A stretch of 63,266 nucleotides of DNA, filler included. It is 11 parts of 11 records of this genome, joined end to end, with 100 filler letters (N's around TTAATTAATTAA, not from the genome) between each part and the next. Parts side by side here need not be neighbours in the genome. Positions count along the whole stretch, not along the records: positions 45,483 to 58,185 come from SRR15195285_256; positions 58,286 to 63,266 come from SRR15195285_257; 9 more parts are not named here. One strand, 5' to 3'. Numbering within the stretch: position 1 is the first letter of the stretch; every line of letters starts with the position of its first letter. The notes under the pieces are model-generated. The model made no database searches and was not told the origin of the DNA. It worked only from the letters and a program-made list of their open reading frames with translations. Positions 45,714-58,866 of the stretch are shown in pieces. Made by a program: the position numbers and the translations under genes.

Positions 45714-48700
45714 ATGGAGCGGACTAAGGAGATGTTGGCGAAGAGCTTCGGTGAGCGCCTCTATCGCTCGTCGATCGCTGCTAGTAGCGCTTGTATCGCT
45801 CCTGTACAGCTCCGCTGCAGCAGCTCATCTATAGCTACTGTGCAGCTGATATACAAATCCTATATAGGTCCTCTGCCAGTCCTGTTTCGTCCCTCTATAG
45901 CTCATCTAGAGCTCCTATGCGCGATCCTCTATAGCTCCTCCATAGCTCGTATGGCTGCGGTCGAGCTGTCGATAGCATCTCTGTCATGGCGGCTGGTGGC
46001 TGACGGCGCTATCTTCCGCAGGCTTGCTCCCAGCCGGCTCGGTGGCGCTGACAGCAGCAGGGACTATGGTCTGGTGTGCTGGTGGCGCTATCTGCGTACA
46101 GGCTTGCCTGGGGCCAGCGGCCACAGCCGTGATTAACTCAGGCGTGCTCGGTTTCGGCGGAGGCAAACATCGAGATATGGACCCAGCCTTGTCGCGGCCG
46201 TCTGAACGGCGACGTGGGCGTCGCAAAAGAAAGGCGTGGTGGTTGACAGCGACAGAAAGTGAACTGCGTAATGACTCAGATCGGCATCGCGCACGGTTTG
46301 GGGTCGACCGCGTCGGTCTGAACTCCCTGGTTTGCATTTTGCCAGATGTGGCCACAGTTGGTGTAGCCACGGCCGTTGCATGTGGTGTTGGCAGTCGTGC
46401 CGCTGGCGCTGCAGCCGTTGTGGCAGTAGTCTGCGTCGCTGGCCTGCGCACCAGCATCGTCGTGCAAGGCTTGGAAATGGGAGAGTCCAACGGCCTGGTT
46501 GCAGCATTTGCGCCAGACTTGCCTGTCGAGGCAACATCGGTTCGTGTAGGCCGGGTCGAGCTCAGACTGTCGTGGCGTTTGCAGTTCGGGCTGCACGTGA
46601 AGGATGTGTCGGTCGAGCTCCGGCCGTATGACCTCGGGTCGAAGGCACTTCATTATGCTCGACTGCGTCGTCGGATCGAGCGACGAGCAGTGGATGCTCA
46701 CAAGGCCAGGCGCCGACTTGATGATTTGGAAGAAGAGCAGCGCTTTATCGCACAGCGGGGCAACACGTGGTGGCTAGGGCAGTCGCCTCAGTCGGGGATC
46801 TACAAAGTAGTCACCAGCTGGTGGCATCCACGAGGCGCTCGCGTTCGCAGAGTTGCTAGCGGAGAGTCAGTCGTTCTTGGATACCTTGGTGTATTTGACC
46901 ACAGCGTTGGTCAAATGCTCCGCCTGGGTGGCGTCGCGGTGGCTGTAGCTGCAATTGCTGGCTCTTGCATGTGCTCTTTGCGTGGAGGTGACGCGAAAGG
47001 TTGCCGAGAAGCCGCTCGGCAATCTGCGAAGGCCGTCAGCGCCACCGGATTGATAGCAGCGTTTTTCGCCGACCGGATTGTTGCAGCTGTTTTGGATCGT
47101 GTGTATATCGAGGTCGACCGTGTTGATTTTAGCTTCACAGATGGAGAGCACATAGCTTGTGTGACGTGCGACGAAGTTCGATGGGGACGGCTTGTGGACC
47201 CAACAACACTAACCGGGCGTACGTTTTGGCAGCGGTGGATCTGGAGCACCTACGGGCCTCTGCCATCTTTACATAGCCTCAGAACCAGCTCAGTAGCATT
47301 CTCAGTTGCCGCGCAGAATATACCGGCAGACGCATGCTTGACGGTGGCACCGTCAATAGCAGAGGTGAGCGTTGTAGCGGCGCACGCATCGGCGCAGGCA
47401 AGTATTGAAATTGGGTTTCCGGCAATCAACGTGACCTCCAGTGGACGCCACACAATGGCCGCACGGAGGTTGCGCCAGCTGAGGTCTGAGTTGTTGCGTG
47501 GCAGCAAGGTGATGCAATTTGGCCTTGAAAGACTCTGGTCACCACAAGAGACTGCGTTGCGCCGATGGCAGTACGCCATTTGTTCTGTTCTGATTGATTG
47601 CCAGCGTCGTGCGGAAAAAGGCACCATTAGTACGGAGCTGAAAACTCGCGCCTTGAAGTATCCTCAGCGTAGGGCTGCACGGCTATGGAGCTATGCATTC
47701 CGCTGCGTGAGAATGGAGTTGCTGCGAGCGCAGTACGGGCGCAGCAAGCTTTTGCAGACTACTGTTTCGGAACCCGTGGCACGAGGCCCGGACGTCAGTA
47801 GGGATTCCGAACGGATCGGCGAGCTGGAAGACCTTGACCTCGACGATCTTCACGAACAGGCTTTGGCCGCGGGGGCAGAGCCCTCTCGCCTCAGACTTGC
47901 TGAGGACAGCCCCAGCCCGCGTGACGCGCTCATCTCCCTGTTGCTGGGCGCAGAGCAGGCGTATCCCATATTGCGGTCTGACAGACGTTGGTGTATTCAG
48001 ATTGGCACAGCTGAAGCAAGATTTGTGGACACTGGTGACGAAGCCGAGGCGACCACTGTCACACTCTCGGCAAAGTCGCTCCGGAGTGTGCAAACTCGCC
48101 GCGAACCCTTCGGGTCTGCGCTTCCGTTAATGGCAGTAGATGCGACCGTTGGAAAGCTGAGTTGTAGTTTCAATTCGTTTCGTGTGCTGCAAACCAACGC
48201 GCACGTCCTGACGGCCCGGTCTGCCAACTGTTTAGAGATTACAATGAACTCCTCGCACGACCTGCGAGCTAGGATGGGCGCGCTCAAGGTGTCACTAACG
48301 CCAGACACTTTGCACACCGCTCTGTCGATCTACAGCGAGTTTGACATGGCTGATGATGAGTATGTTCTCACACTAGTACGAGAAAATGCATTCCGAACGA
48401 ACAATGTTTCTTACTTGTCGGAACCCGTTGTGGACGAGGATCATATTGGAACATTTCGTGAAACCCGGTGGTTACGACATCGACACCGACCGCAGGTGGA
48501 CATCAAGATTGATTTACCAATCATCAATATCGGCAGCGATGATACAAAGCGAATCCTCGAACTGGACCTCGGCACAGTGAATGCTGGCAACACATCGGCC
48601 ACTCTACGGGACCTGTTGACCAGCGCCGCGCAACTGGACGACACCAGATACAACACAGTAGGCTGTAGGTGGGAAGGGGCAAAGGCGACTTTCGCAAGCA

Positions 48701-51700
48701 AGACCTCCGGTGGCCGCCAGCAAGTGTTTGAGGGCTTTGGTGGCACAGCTTCTGTTCAAATTTGCGCTCTCTCGGCCGACTACATGTGGGCACAGAAGTG
48801 CCCTCAACTACAGCTGTCTATCAAGCTTGAACCACTTGCGGCCAAAGCAACACGATCGACCGCTGCCGGGCTTATGGATCTGACGCTTGCCGTGCATCGA
48901 GCACTGTTGGACGGTGAATCCCTCATGGTTGCGCGGGGCGATGTGGTTGAAGTAACTCCGCCGAGCTTGGGGCGATTCGCACACACGGCACACTTGGTCC
49001 GATCACCTGAGTCAGCACGGTGGTGCTTGCGGCACGTGGCTATTGAGCCTCGCGAATGGACCTTCTCAATCTTGGACGAGTGCTCTGCTCGTCCCATGTT
49101 GACGTTTGCTTTCGATGTTGACGATCTTCGCCTACAGCACTTTAATACGCAGCACCACAACTTGCATCTCCAGCTCAAGTTGCATGCATACGCATACAAC
49201 ACGTCCGTTGTTGCTTGGGAACCTATCATTGAGCCGTGGACAGCACGACTGACTTCGCTGCAGTCAAATGATGAAACACACGTCAGATTTAACGGGGACA
49301 AGCTCAATATCAACTTCTGTCCGTCGCTGTTTCGCAGTCTCACGCTTCGGCAGTCAAAGCAAAGCTCAAGCTCAGGCGATGTGCAAACTTGGCTGGTGAA
49401 TTACACAGGCACTGCCATCAGGTACAGAAACGTATGCTCATTTGACTCCCACGGCCGAGCCCTGGCGCGCGACGTCCAAAATCATCAGCAACATTGCCAG
49501 CTGGAGGATGGGGCGAAGGGATTCCTGGACATGGTTGGCCCCTCTGGACCTGGAGTTTCGTTTGATCAGGGCTTGGCAGTTGAGTTTCCTGATCTATTGT
49601 GGCATGACGCAGAGTTCACTGACGTGTCTCGCGAAGGAGTGCAGTCCAAGCTTATTGGCGGGAGTATGGCTGGTATCACTGTTGTCTGCGTCACCGAAGT
49701 TCAGGATGACGGAACACGAGTCATCACACTATGTTCGGGTGTCAAGGTTGATAATCAGACAAATCGAGACATCGAGTTTGGCTTGCGTAGGTGTGATGTG
49801 GCAGGCACCGTGGATCAGCACGTGCGGTCTGCGATGGTGGTGCCGAGCGAGAGCACTGGGTTCTTTCCTGCAGCACTGTGGGCTGCGAATCGGCACGACA
49901 ACTGCTCCTCACAGCTGGTGGTATTCCGGACGTGCGATGGAGGAGATATTTGGACTGATCCGTATGATGTACGGCAACCTATTGCGGCTACATCTGCGGA
50001 GCTAGTTGTTTGTAACGAAGGCACCGAACGCCAGTTCACTGCTTGCCTGTCTACAACACCGGGCTATGCTCCAGCTGGCAAGCTGAGCGTCCTGACGCTA
50101 TTCAACTGTTTGGATGTACAGAACGACTTTGCTTTCCCTCTTGAGCTGCATTTTTTTGAAGAGGAAGTTCCCAGCACCCAGCCGACAGTTCCGTGCGCTG
50201 CAGGCAATCCGACAGTGCGCCCCCAGCGTCGTGCACTGGTCGAGCCTGGGTCACGGGTTGACGTGCCAGAATGGGATCCGAAAAAGGATGCCTGGATGGC
50301 CGTGGCGAACTGCGAGGGCGCTATCTCTTCTCGAGTTTGTGTATATCGCGCACATGACTCAGACGATCAAAGCTTAGCGTCTGACGTGGTCCTGCGTGGT
50401 GGCCGATTTGCTTACGGCGGGATCCGTGCGGAAGATTCTAGTAAACTGAACACAGACAGCGGAATGGAACACGCTAGCTGTATGCCGCTTTCACTACACT
50501 ATGAAGCACAAGGAATCACGGCGGCAACAGCAGCAGATGCATCTCACCTGGTCAGACTATCGTGCTCTTACCTTGTAGTCAACAATACCCCGTTGCCATT
50601 GGTATTGCGTTCTCGGCACGCGAAGCACAGCGATCGAGATGTCGTTGTTGCTCTTCCAGGCTGCGATCTGACTGCTGACGATCGGCCCACCCCTATCCCT
50701 TTCACCAGCCACGGGAACGTTGAAATCGGAAAACGTGTCGATGTGCTCGGCACTGAGGAAGTTGATTCAGACCACCCGGACGCCATGATCCTGTCTCTTG
50801 TCTGCGGCAAAACACTGCGAGCCGGACTGCTTGACAGGCTAACGATGGACGTCCCTGATCCGTATGTTAAGGTCACGTTTGCACCCAGACACGCTACAGA
50901 TAATAGTACTACAGACAAACCGCAATACGTCTTCGGGGACCCAGTTCACATCGGTCGCACAACAGCGATACAAAATAGTGCGGACCCGGTGTGGAACGAA
51001 CGATTCTTAGTCCGTGTACCTCCCGATGGGGGCATGATCGCATTGAAGGTTATGGATTTCGACCGCTGGTCGGGTGATGACTCAATTGGCGAGGTCAAGC
51101 TTGATGTAGAGCACGGAGCCACGATAGAGCAGACCACAGTTGACGTGCTTGGTCTAGGTGGAATGAGAAAGGGCCAACTTGAGATTGGGTTGCAGAAAGC
51201 GACCGGCTGCAGCGTGCCGCCCGTTGGGCTTGTTGTAAGCACATGGGGATCGCGAGTCGTCTCAACAGCCCAAGCAGGACCACAGATGCTGCCGGTGTCT
51301 TTAGGACTAGATGATCTCGGCGTCACAGTGGTGCCTTTGAATAGATCTTCTGGGGCGCCGCACGTAGTGTCCATTGTGCCTCGGTATCGTGTGGATAATA
51401 TGTCGCGCCACAATGTGATAGTGGCTGTCGGACAGTGCGATGGTCATCAGATACGCGTCTGTGCAGGTGAGTCTGAGCTTGTTGGACTCAGATCTGGAGT
51501 AGACCCCAGGTTGTTCTTCAACGCTGGACAGCTGGACGACGGCAGCTCGTCTGCGTGGTCCCGTGGCGTTGTGGCCACTGATGGCCAGTCTGATTTAGCT
51601 GTCGACTCGACCAGAATCATGTCCGGCGATGTCAAGCTTGACGTGCGATACGAAGTTCACGGCGGAACGGGTGTGTTCACTGTTCAGGAGGGAACGCCAG

Positions 51701-54700
51701 CACTTGTTGTTGAAAATTTGGCGTTCGACCAGGTGTGGATTGCAAAAGACTTGGCTGCCACAAGTCGACGCCACAAGCTCAAAAGACGTACGACGCAGAG
51801 CACTAGGCTATCGAGTTCGCGAGGAGAGACGACCAAATGGATCAGATTGAGTAAGACTGAGCGATTTTGCTTCCATGAATGGGATTGGCACACAGAAACA
51901 CATATTCGGCTCAAAACATGCAACGGTCAAAGCCACACTGTTGATGTCAGCACCCTTACTGATTCCAGCTCTGATGAATGGTCTTGGACCACTGCAACGG
52001 GGGAAACATTATGGCCACAGGTCCTCGTGGTCAACAACGTCAGGCTGCTACGGTTGGGCAAGACAGCTGTGCGACCGCGCGGTCCGGGCATCGAGTCTAT
52101 GTTTAGGCTGAATGCATCGCTGCCAGGAGTGGGCCTGTCAGTCATCGGTGACCCAAAACACGGCCGTGGAGCAGAGCTTCTGTACGCAAGTTTCAGCAGC
52201 GTGGCATTACATCACCTGGAGAAGGATGGTAGGCTCACCACCGACTTGTCAGTCGGAAAGTTGCAGGTCGATGAGTACATCAGTGGCGCAGACCGACCTA
52301 GTCAGCGGGACATGATTGCTGGGCCTCTTGTGTCGGAGAGACAATCAAGCCTGTCTTCAATGCTACAGATTCGCACAGTACGTTTATATCAGGAAGGGCT
52401 GGCTCTGTACGAGTCATTTGTGGTGAAGACGCGCCCAATGTTCTTCAACTTGAAATGGTCGACTTTGTCGCGTCTGCTGCGTGAGCAAAGCGTGCAGCAT
52501 CTTTGCCGTGCGCTAGTTTACGCAGAATGGAGCGTCGATAGGCGACCACAGACTAGTACTAAGTCCCTTCTTCACTCTGTAGAGGTCGATCCTGTGAGTG
52601 TTGCGGTCAATTTTGACATGAAAGGATGTGCTAACGGAAGCAATTTGTTGAAGGTTTTAGGGCTGCACAAATATGCACAGCAGCTAGAAGCTGGCGGTGA
52701 GCAAGACACAGGAACGATTCAGAGTCAGCGGCTAAACCTGAGCGACATCTTCTACACGCCACAGCAGATACTGTCGGATGTAGCTGCCGACGTCCTTGGG
52801 CAGGTCGCCACATGTCTGACGTCATCGTCATCGGCTTCAGTTGCAAGATCAGAGTCTGCAGTAGCCATGCACCAGAAATCAGGCAGCACACGTTCCATGC
52901 GCACTGCAGGTGCGGACAATTTCGCACCAGAGGATGCACTTGTCCTTGCGACCGAACCACCGGATATGAAGATCAATGAAATGGTGAACAAAGTGACCGA
53001 CACAACGCCAGGGTGGCGGCATCGCGCTCAGTCCACAAGAAACATTCGCTCAGACAGCCAGCTATTTGCTGAACGCTGGCCGCGCGTTTTTGGCCTGAAC
53101 GGCACTGTCAAGGATTACAGCGTCAATAATGTAGTTCTGTGCACGCTTCTTCAAAAGAGTGGATGTTCCGAAGCAAGCGAACTCGACGAGGACTGTCTGA
53201 GCATCGTTGCTGTCGCAGACCCTGGAAATCCAAAGAGTCGATCGTTGATGCTTTTGACAAAACACACGATTTTTTTCGCGAAGCCGGTCGCCCACGGCAA
53301 CCGATTACACAACCATCGCAGTCGTGTACGTGATATCGGAACCTTGGAAATGGTGTTTGGTGATGAGATCACTGTACGAGACATCCAAGACCTGACGGTA
53401 GAGATTTCTACAGGCACTCTGCTTTTACGGCTGTCAGGTTCAAAACGTAGTTTCACCACTTACGTCGGCGAGAGGGATGAACCGCTCGAGACTGAGTTCA
53501 AACTCGCAGAATTCTTCAACCACCTGGTTGGGTTGCTGGAGAATATCAGGGCAGTTGCCGCTCAGTACAGACGTTTTGGGGGGGCGTTGTTGCCACACAG
53601 ACTGACCACTCATCATTCCGACACCACCAGGGGTCGCAAGAATGGCAGAGGGAACAGTGCACCTACCACAGTTACTTTGACGATACTTGATGCTAGCTGG
53701 GAAGATCTTTGCACTCACGGGCGTCGATACAGCGCGTGCAAAACCTGCAGACGCTTGAGACTGAAACCAAATAGGCCCAGTAGCGACGATTGGTTTTGCG
53801 AGCTGCAGGTGGGCAAACGTAGACCGCGTAAACTCTCGGTCGGCAAGCAAGTCACGTTTGACGTAGGTGGTGGTCCACAATGCGTGGTGGCGTTGAAGAA
53901 CGCAAGTACTGTCGGAGCCAAGTGCATAGGCACAACTGAACTTCGTGTCGACAGCTCTAGTGTCGAGTCCAGTCCAAAGGAACAATGGTGGAGCCTTTCG
54001 CCTCTCCCAGGCAGTAAGGAGACACCAGGCGCGAAAGTGAAGATGTGTATGTCATGCTCACCTCGCATTGACGACACTTTATTGGATGTGCCGAGAGACG
54101 CAACGCTGCTTTCCAATATGTTCGATACGTGCACGGTGTTGCGGATAGATATCAAATCCATTCGTCTGCCGACCAGCGCAGACGCTGCGCATGGCGAAAG
54201 GCTCACCTGTGCGCTGAAAATCGTGCGCGACGGCCTGACTGTGGCAGAAAAAGATGCATTTGTGATAGTCTCAGCTACAGAGCAGCGCTGTGAGGCTCAT
54301 GGCCTGGAACCAGTTCTTTTTGATCTCACGGAACTGAGTGCTGCTGGTCAGGAGTATGCGAAAATGTGTGTGCATGCGCAACTGCTGCTGTATGGTCGGT
54401 CTACAGTTGTGTGCGAAGAAAAATATCCGTTCCCTGGGGCCCAGATTGGATGGGCAAGAGAGGAGGACCCAACAACAATTGAGCAGGAGGTCAACTCGAA
54501 GGTTCGAGTGGCGCGGCGAGGAGACATCGACGTGTCAATGAAAGTGGACGCGATCCGGACTTCTTGGACCAATGTCGATTTGCCTTCGTATCCTCAGTTA
54601 GTTGACTACGAGATTACGCTCAGGACAGGCGAACACGGTGATGCAGGCACTGACGCAAGCATCTTCGTACAGTTGATTGGCGATCAAGGCCACTCACCTC

Positions 54701-57543
54701 GTATACCTCTTCAACTACGTGAGGAGGACCTGAGGACTGGGGGCATTGTCCCTGGTGGCACAAACATGTTCACAGTCGCAGCGCCGCAGGTCGGCAAACT
54801 ACAGCGGCTACGAATTGGCCACGACAACACCGGGAACCCAACGATAGGGCGATCGCAAGCGTGGTTCCTGGAATCAGCGGTGGTTGAACGTGCGGCATCG
54901 TCCATCGATTCAGGAAGTGACGACGAGCCCACGGCTGAAGACTATGCTGTGGATGGTGTCGTTTTCCCTTGCGGTCAGTGGTTTGGTCGACCCTTGCCAG
55001 TGCCCACATCAGGTATGACCCGTGCGGAAGCAAGGTTAAAGAACCCCGGCTTCTATGGCAATCCATTGGCATATACGGGCGATGTTGCCTTGAGTCGTGA
55101 GCTACTGGCGCCATACATGGGCCCAATCTGTCTACTTGAAACTTATCTTGTGACCGTGTCAACTGGCTGTATTGGAACAGACGGGCTGGTTTCGCTCACT
55201 CTGTTTGGGTCCGATGGAGACAGCGGTGCACATGAACTTCGACACCGCACCAAGGGTGGACAAGTAGACGCCGGACGACGAACATTTGAAGCAGGAGCCG
55301 TAGAAACCTTTGCGCTGGAGTCGTTTGGTCTCGGACAACTTAGGTATATCAAGCTGACACTTTCAGCAGTGGATCGCACGAAACCAGGTGTGCTGCCAGT
55401 CTTATTTACCGGCCCTAAGCAGGGAAAGGGCGTCCGGGATGCACACACGGTCGCGGTAGAAAAACAGTTAGCTACAGGCTGGATGTGTGAGCACGTGACA
55501 ATACGAAACCTGCGAACGATGCAATGCTGGGGTTTGCCCATTCACTGTCTGCTTGCAAGCAAGGAAAACGGCGCTGGGGTAATGGATGGGCTGTCTCGTA
55601 CGATCGGGCTCGGGCCAGCTCGGCAGCAAGCAGTTTACCGCGTGACAATATGCACAGGTGATGTGGTTGCAGCTGGTACGGAGGCAAACGTGTCACTGCG
55701 AATGGTAGGCCAGAAAGGCCAGTCAGATCTAGTGAAGTTGCAACGAACCTCTAGCTCTAACCGTCAGCCCACAAAGTCGCTGGACGATGCAGATCAGATG
55801 TTTCAACGCGGGGAAACGAACGAGTTTGAACTCGAGGTCGCTGACATTGGCGCTGTTTTCCAAGTTGAGCTTTCACACGATGGCCGGGGGATTGGCAGTG
55901 GCTGGTTTGTCGAAGAAGTGCTGGTGGAACGCCTGGGGGCTGTGGTTGAAGCTGCCAAGCAAGCTGCAGACGCGCCGACGTTTGGCCAGTCTGCTGCGAG
56001 CCGATCTGGAAGATCCAGAGGCCGACGTCGTACCCACAGCTATGATATTGCAACTTCTGGTAGCCGCAGCACAAATCTTCAGAGTTACGATCGGGGGAGC
56101 ATCAGCGACACCAGAGATGAAACTCTGCCTGACTCTCGAATAGGTAGCCTGACACATCCGTGTGCTCACCACAATCTAGAGAATGACCCACGCAGTAGTA
56201 GCTACGATGACAACCGCAGTTTCAACCCCGTGTCTTATCGAAGCCGACAGACTGCCAATTTCGCGCTTGAGCCGGTGCAGACACGGTTTGTCGCACATGC
56301 GTGGGTAGAAGACTCGCCTTTGGTTGTGGAGGTTGACTTGAATGACCCCACGATAACTGTGGGTGCTGGTCGGCACTCTGTGCATTGGCTAGTTACAGTC
56401 AAGACTGGCACGATGGAGTTTGCTGCAACCACATCAGCTGTGTCGCTTACACTGCATGGGACCAGCGGAGAGGGTGGCACCCATCATTTGGGCAAGACAT
56501 CATCTCTGTACATGCCACGGAAAGGTCCATTCGCTCGCGGTGCAGAGAGTGTATTTAGCATTCGCACAACAGACTTAGGCTCGCTCACTGAGGTCACGAT
56601 CTCGCACGACAACTCAGCTATCACAACGGAACGCGCGGCTTGGTATCTAGAGTGGGTCGAGGCGATTGACGAAGGCACGGGAGTGCACTACCACTTTCCG
56701 TGTGGACAGTGGCTCGGTGGCGGGCGAACGAGACTAGAGTCAGTGGAAGACTTCAATGCTCGTTGCGGCGGGGTGGCTAACGACGGTGCTCTCTTTCGTA
56801 CTCTGACGCCACTAGAACCGGGCTTAGAACGTTACGATCCTACTCGCAGAGTGATGGAGACGGCAGAAGATACTCTCGGTACACTGGTTTTTAAGCGTCT
56901 GAGGGTGCTTGACCCTGTTTCTGAAGGTGTGACCCGTCTTGCACTCTCGAGAAAGCGAACCTACATGATCATGAGCTGTGGTACTGCGAATTCGACTGCG
57001 CATTCCAGCATCTCAACTAGTGTACACGGCTCACACAAAACCCTTTCGAATGCCAGGGCGTCCGAATCCTGGGGAAACGATGAAACGCTCAGGCTTCGTG
57101 TGTCAAACACTGCCTTTGGAAAGGCCGAGCTTAAATTAGTGGCGATGGGCAAAGAGAAAACCTTTGGCATTGAAACTACATCGTTGGTCATGGAAGGGAG
57201 GGACAAGCCCGTTCCTATTGGAGAAGCCATCATTAAGCTGACAGATGTGTTCCCTGCAGCGTTCAGTGATCGTTCACGGTTCCACAGTGTCGGTGGAGTC
57301 CATCACGCAGTGTACGAGCTGCAGTCGCGGAACAGTTATGTTGAGAGTGTAGATGCACCTCTTCGTGTAGAAATACTGATGATGTTTCTGCCGAATCGGG
57401 CTCGCAGCTCCGCGGAGTGGTCACGAAAGAACGCACAGTCACAGCTGCGGAACAGTGTGCCGGAAGATTATGACTTAAATGGGGACCTTTGGGTTGACTC
57501 GGCTGAGGACATTGATTACATTGAAGACCAAGTGTCACATTAG
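45714..57543 (+). CDS. VPS13: VPS13-like bridge lipid-transfer protein with C2 domains and four C-terminal PLAT/LH2 domains; 2 exons
   Basis: Short exon 45714-45750, intron 45751-46021 (GTGAGC...CCGCAG), then an ~11.5-kb exon. Chorein-N-like 'LPVEATSVRVGRVELRLSW', 'WQYAICSVL', 'YNTSVVAWEPIIEPW', VAB-type repeats, 'LPGVGLSVI...ELLYAS...LQVD', 'RWPRVFG'; C2 'PDPYVKV...DPVWNE...DFDRWSGDDSIG'; four PLAT starts (YEITLRTG, YLVTVSTG, YRVTICTG, WLVTVKTG). Confidence 0.85.
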
Positions 57544-57731
57544 AATTTCCAGTACCAACAGCATTGAGCAGCCAGGCTAGTGGCAGCTGGTAGTCGTTGT
57601 AGGCTTGCTGTGGTGGCGGCATCCATTTGCAGCAACAGCTAATGAATTTCTTTTGTGTTTTGCTAGACAATTATGCTAGCATGCACAACATTTTGGCTAG
57701 CCAGGCAGCACTCGTAGTTCTCGACTGCAAA

Positions 57732-58185
57732 TCACCGAGCGTGCCGCGCCAAGCTCTGCTCGGCTGTCCTCAGGTCGTCCAGCAATTTCCGCGCTGTTGC
57801 CGACTTAATCGGCGTGCACGGTGTGAGCTGAAGTTGTTGAGCATTGTCCATCGGGCTCCCTGATCCGTCGGCATTGGATAAACCAACTTGACTGTTTTTG
57901 CTGTCGCATGGGGTAGCAAACGCAGCGCTTCGTGCAATAGGTGGCACGCCCTCAAGTGGCTGATCCTGTGAAAACTGGCTACACGACTGGGACAATGTTC
58001 CATCGAAGTGGTTGTACCGTTTGATCTTCGCTTCCAACTTGGTGGATAAGGTGAGGACACTGCCAGAAAATGACAGGTGTACTTCGTGACGAAAACGATC
58101 CTGCTGTTCAGTTAGGTCGCGCGTCGACACAAGGTACAGCACCATCTCAGACCAGTCAGCAAATGTACCACGTAGCACACGGTAA
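57732..58185 (-). CDS. 3' fragment of an unknown protein
   Basis: 148-aa ORF running to the contig edge and converging on the VPS13-like gene; no recognisable motif. Confidence 0.4.
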
Positions 58186-58285
58186 NNNNNNNNNNNNNNN
58201 NNNNNNNNNNNNNNNNNNNNNNNNNNNNNTTAATTAATTAANNNNNNNNNNNNNNNNNNNNNNNNNNNNNNNNNNNNNNNNNNNN

Positions 58286-58567
58286 CAGCAGCAGCAGCAG
58301 CAGCAGCAGCAATCGGTCGGCCCAGCGATACCGATGTATACACCGCCAACGTCACCAGTGAGACAGCCTATGTATGTCCAAGTGCCGAATTCACCACCCT
58401 CCTTTGACCTGGCCGCTGGCATGGATCCACGGCATGGAATGTCTTTGATTGGACATGCCATGCCGCAGTCACCCGTCGCTGGCTACGCGCACAGCAATTA
58501 TGCAATGGATAATAGTGCGGACGCGGCAGGTGCACTAGCTGGAAGAGCGCCCCCTGATCCAGCATGA
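58286..58567 (+). CDS. 3' fragment of a polyQ/Pro-rich protein
   Basis: Frame open from the contig edge: (CAG)n, then 'SVGPAIPMYTPPTSP...PPDPA*'; low-complexity C-terminus. Confidence 0.45.
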   Translation, partial: QQQQQQQQQSVGPAIPMYTPPTSPVRQPMYVQVPNSPPSFDLAAGMDPRHGMSLIGHAMPQSPVAGYAHSNYAMDNSADAAGALAGRAPPDPA

Positions 58568-58866
58568 GCACAACGCAAATCTGAACACGCTCGACTTCGG
58601 GTGCCAGAGGACGGCGGTGTCTACAGCGCGACAGGAGACGCAGCAGCAGCAGCAGCGGCAGACGTCCCCTCAGCTGCAACTGTTGCCGCTCCGCTCCACC
58701 TGAAGGAGGTGGCGACATGACAGTGTGCAACTCATGCCGGACGACCTAAACTAGACAATGTATTGTTAGCAGCGCGGTATCATGCGTGCATCCTTTCTGA
58801 GTCTGTTGGATAACGTTTGAATGAAAAACATTCTGGATTAACGGTGCCACTGTGAATTCGCGGCGA

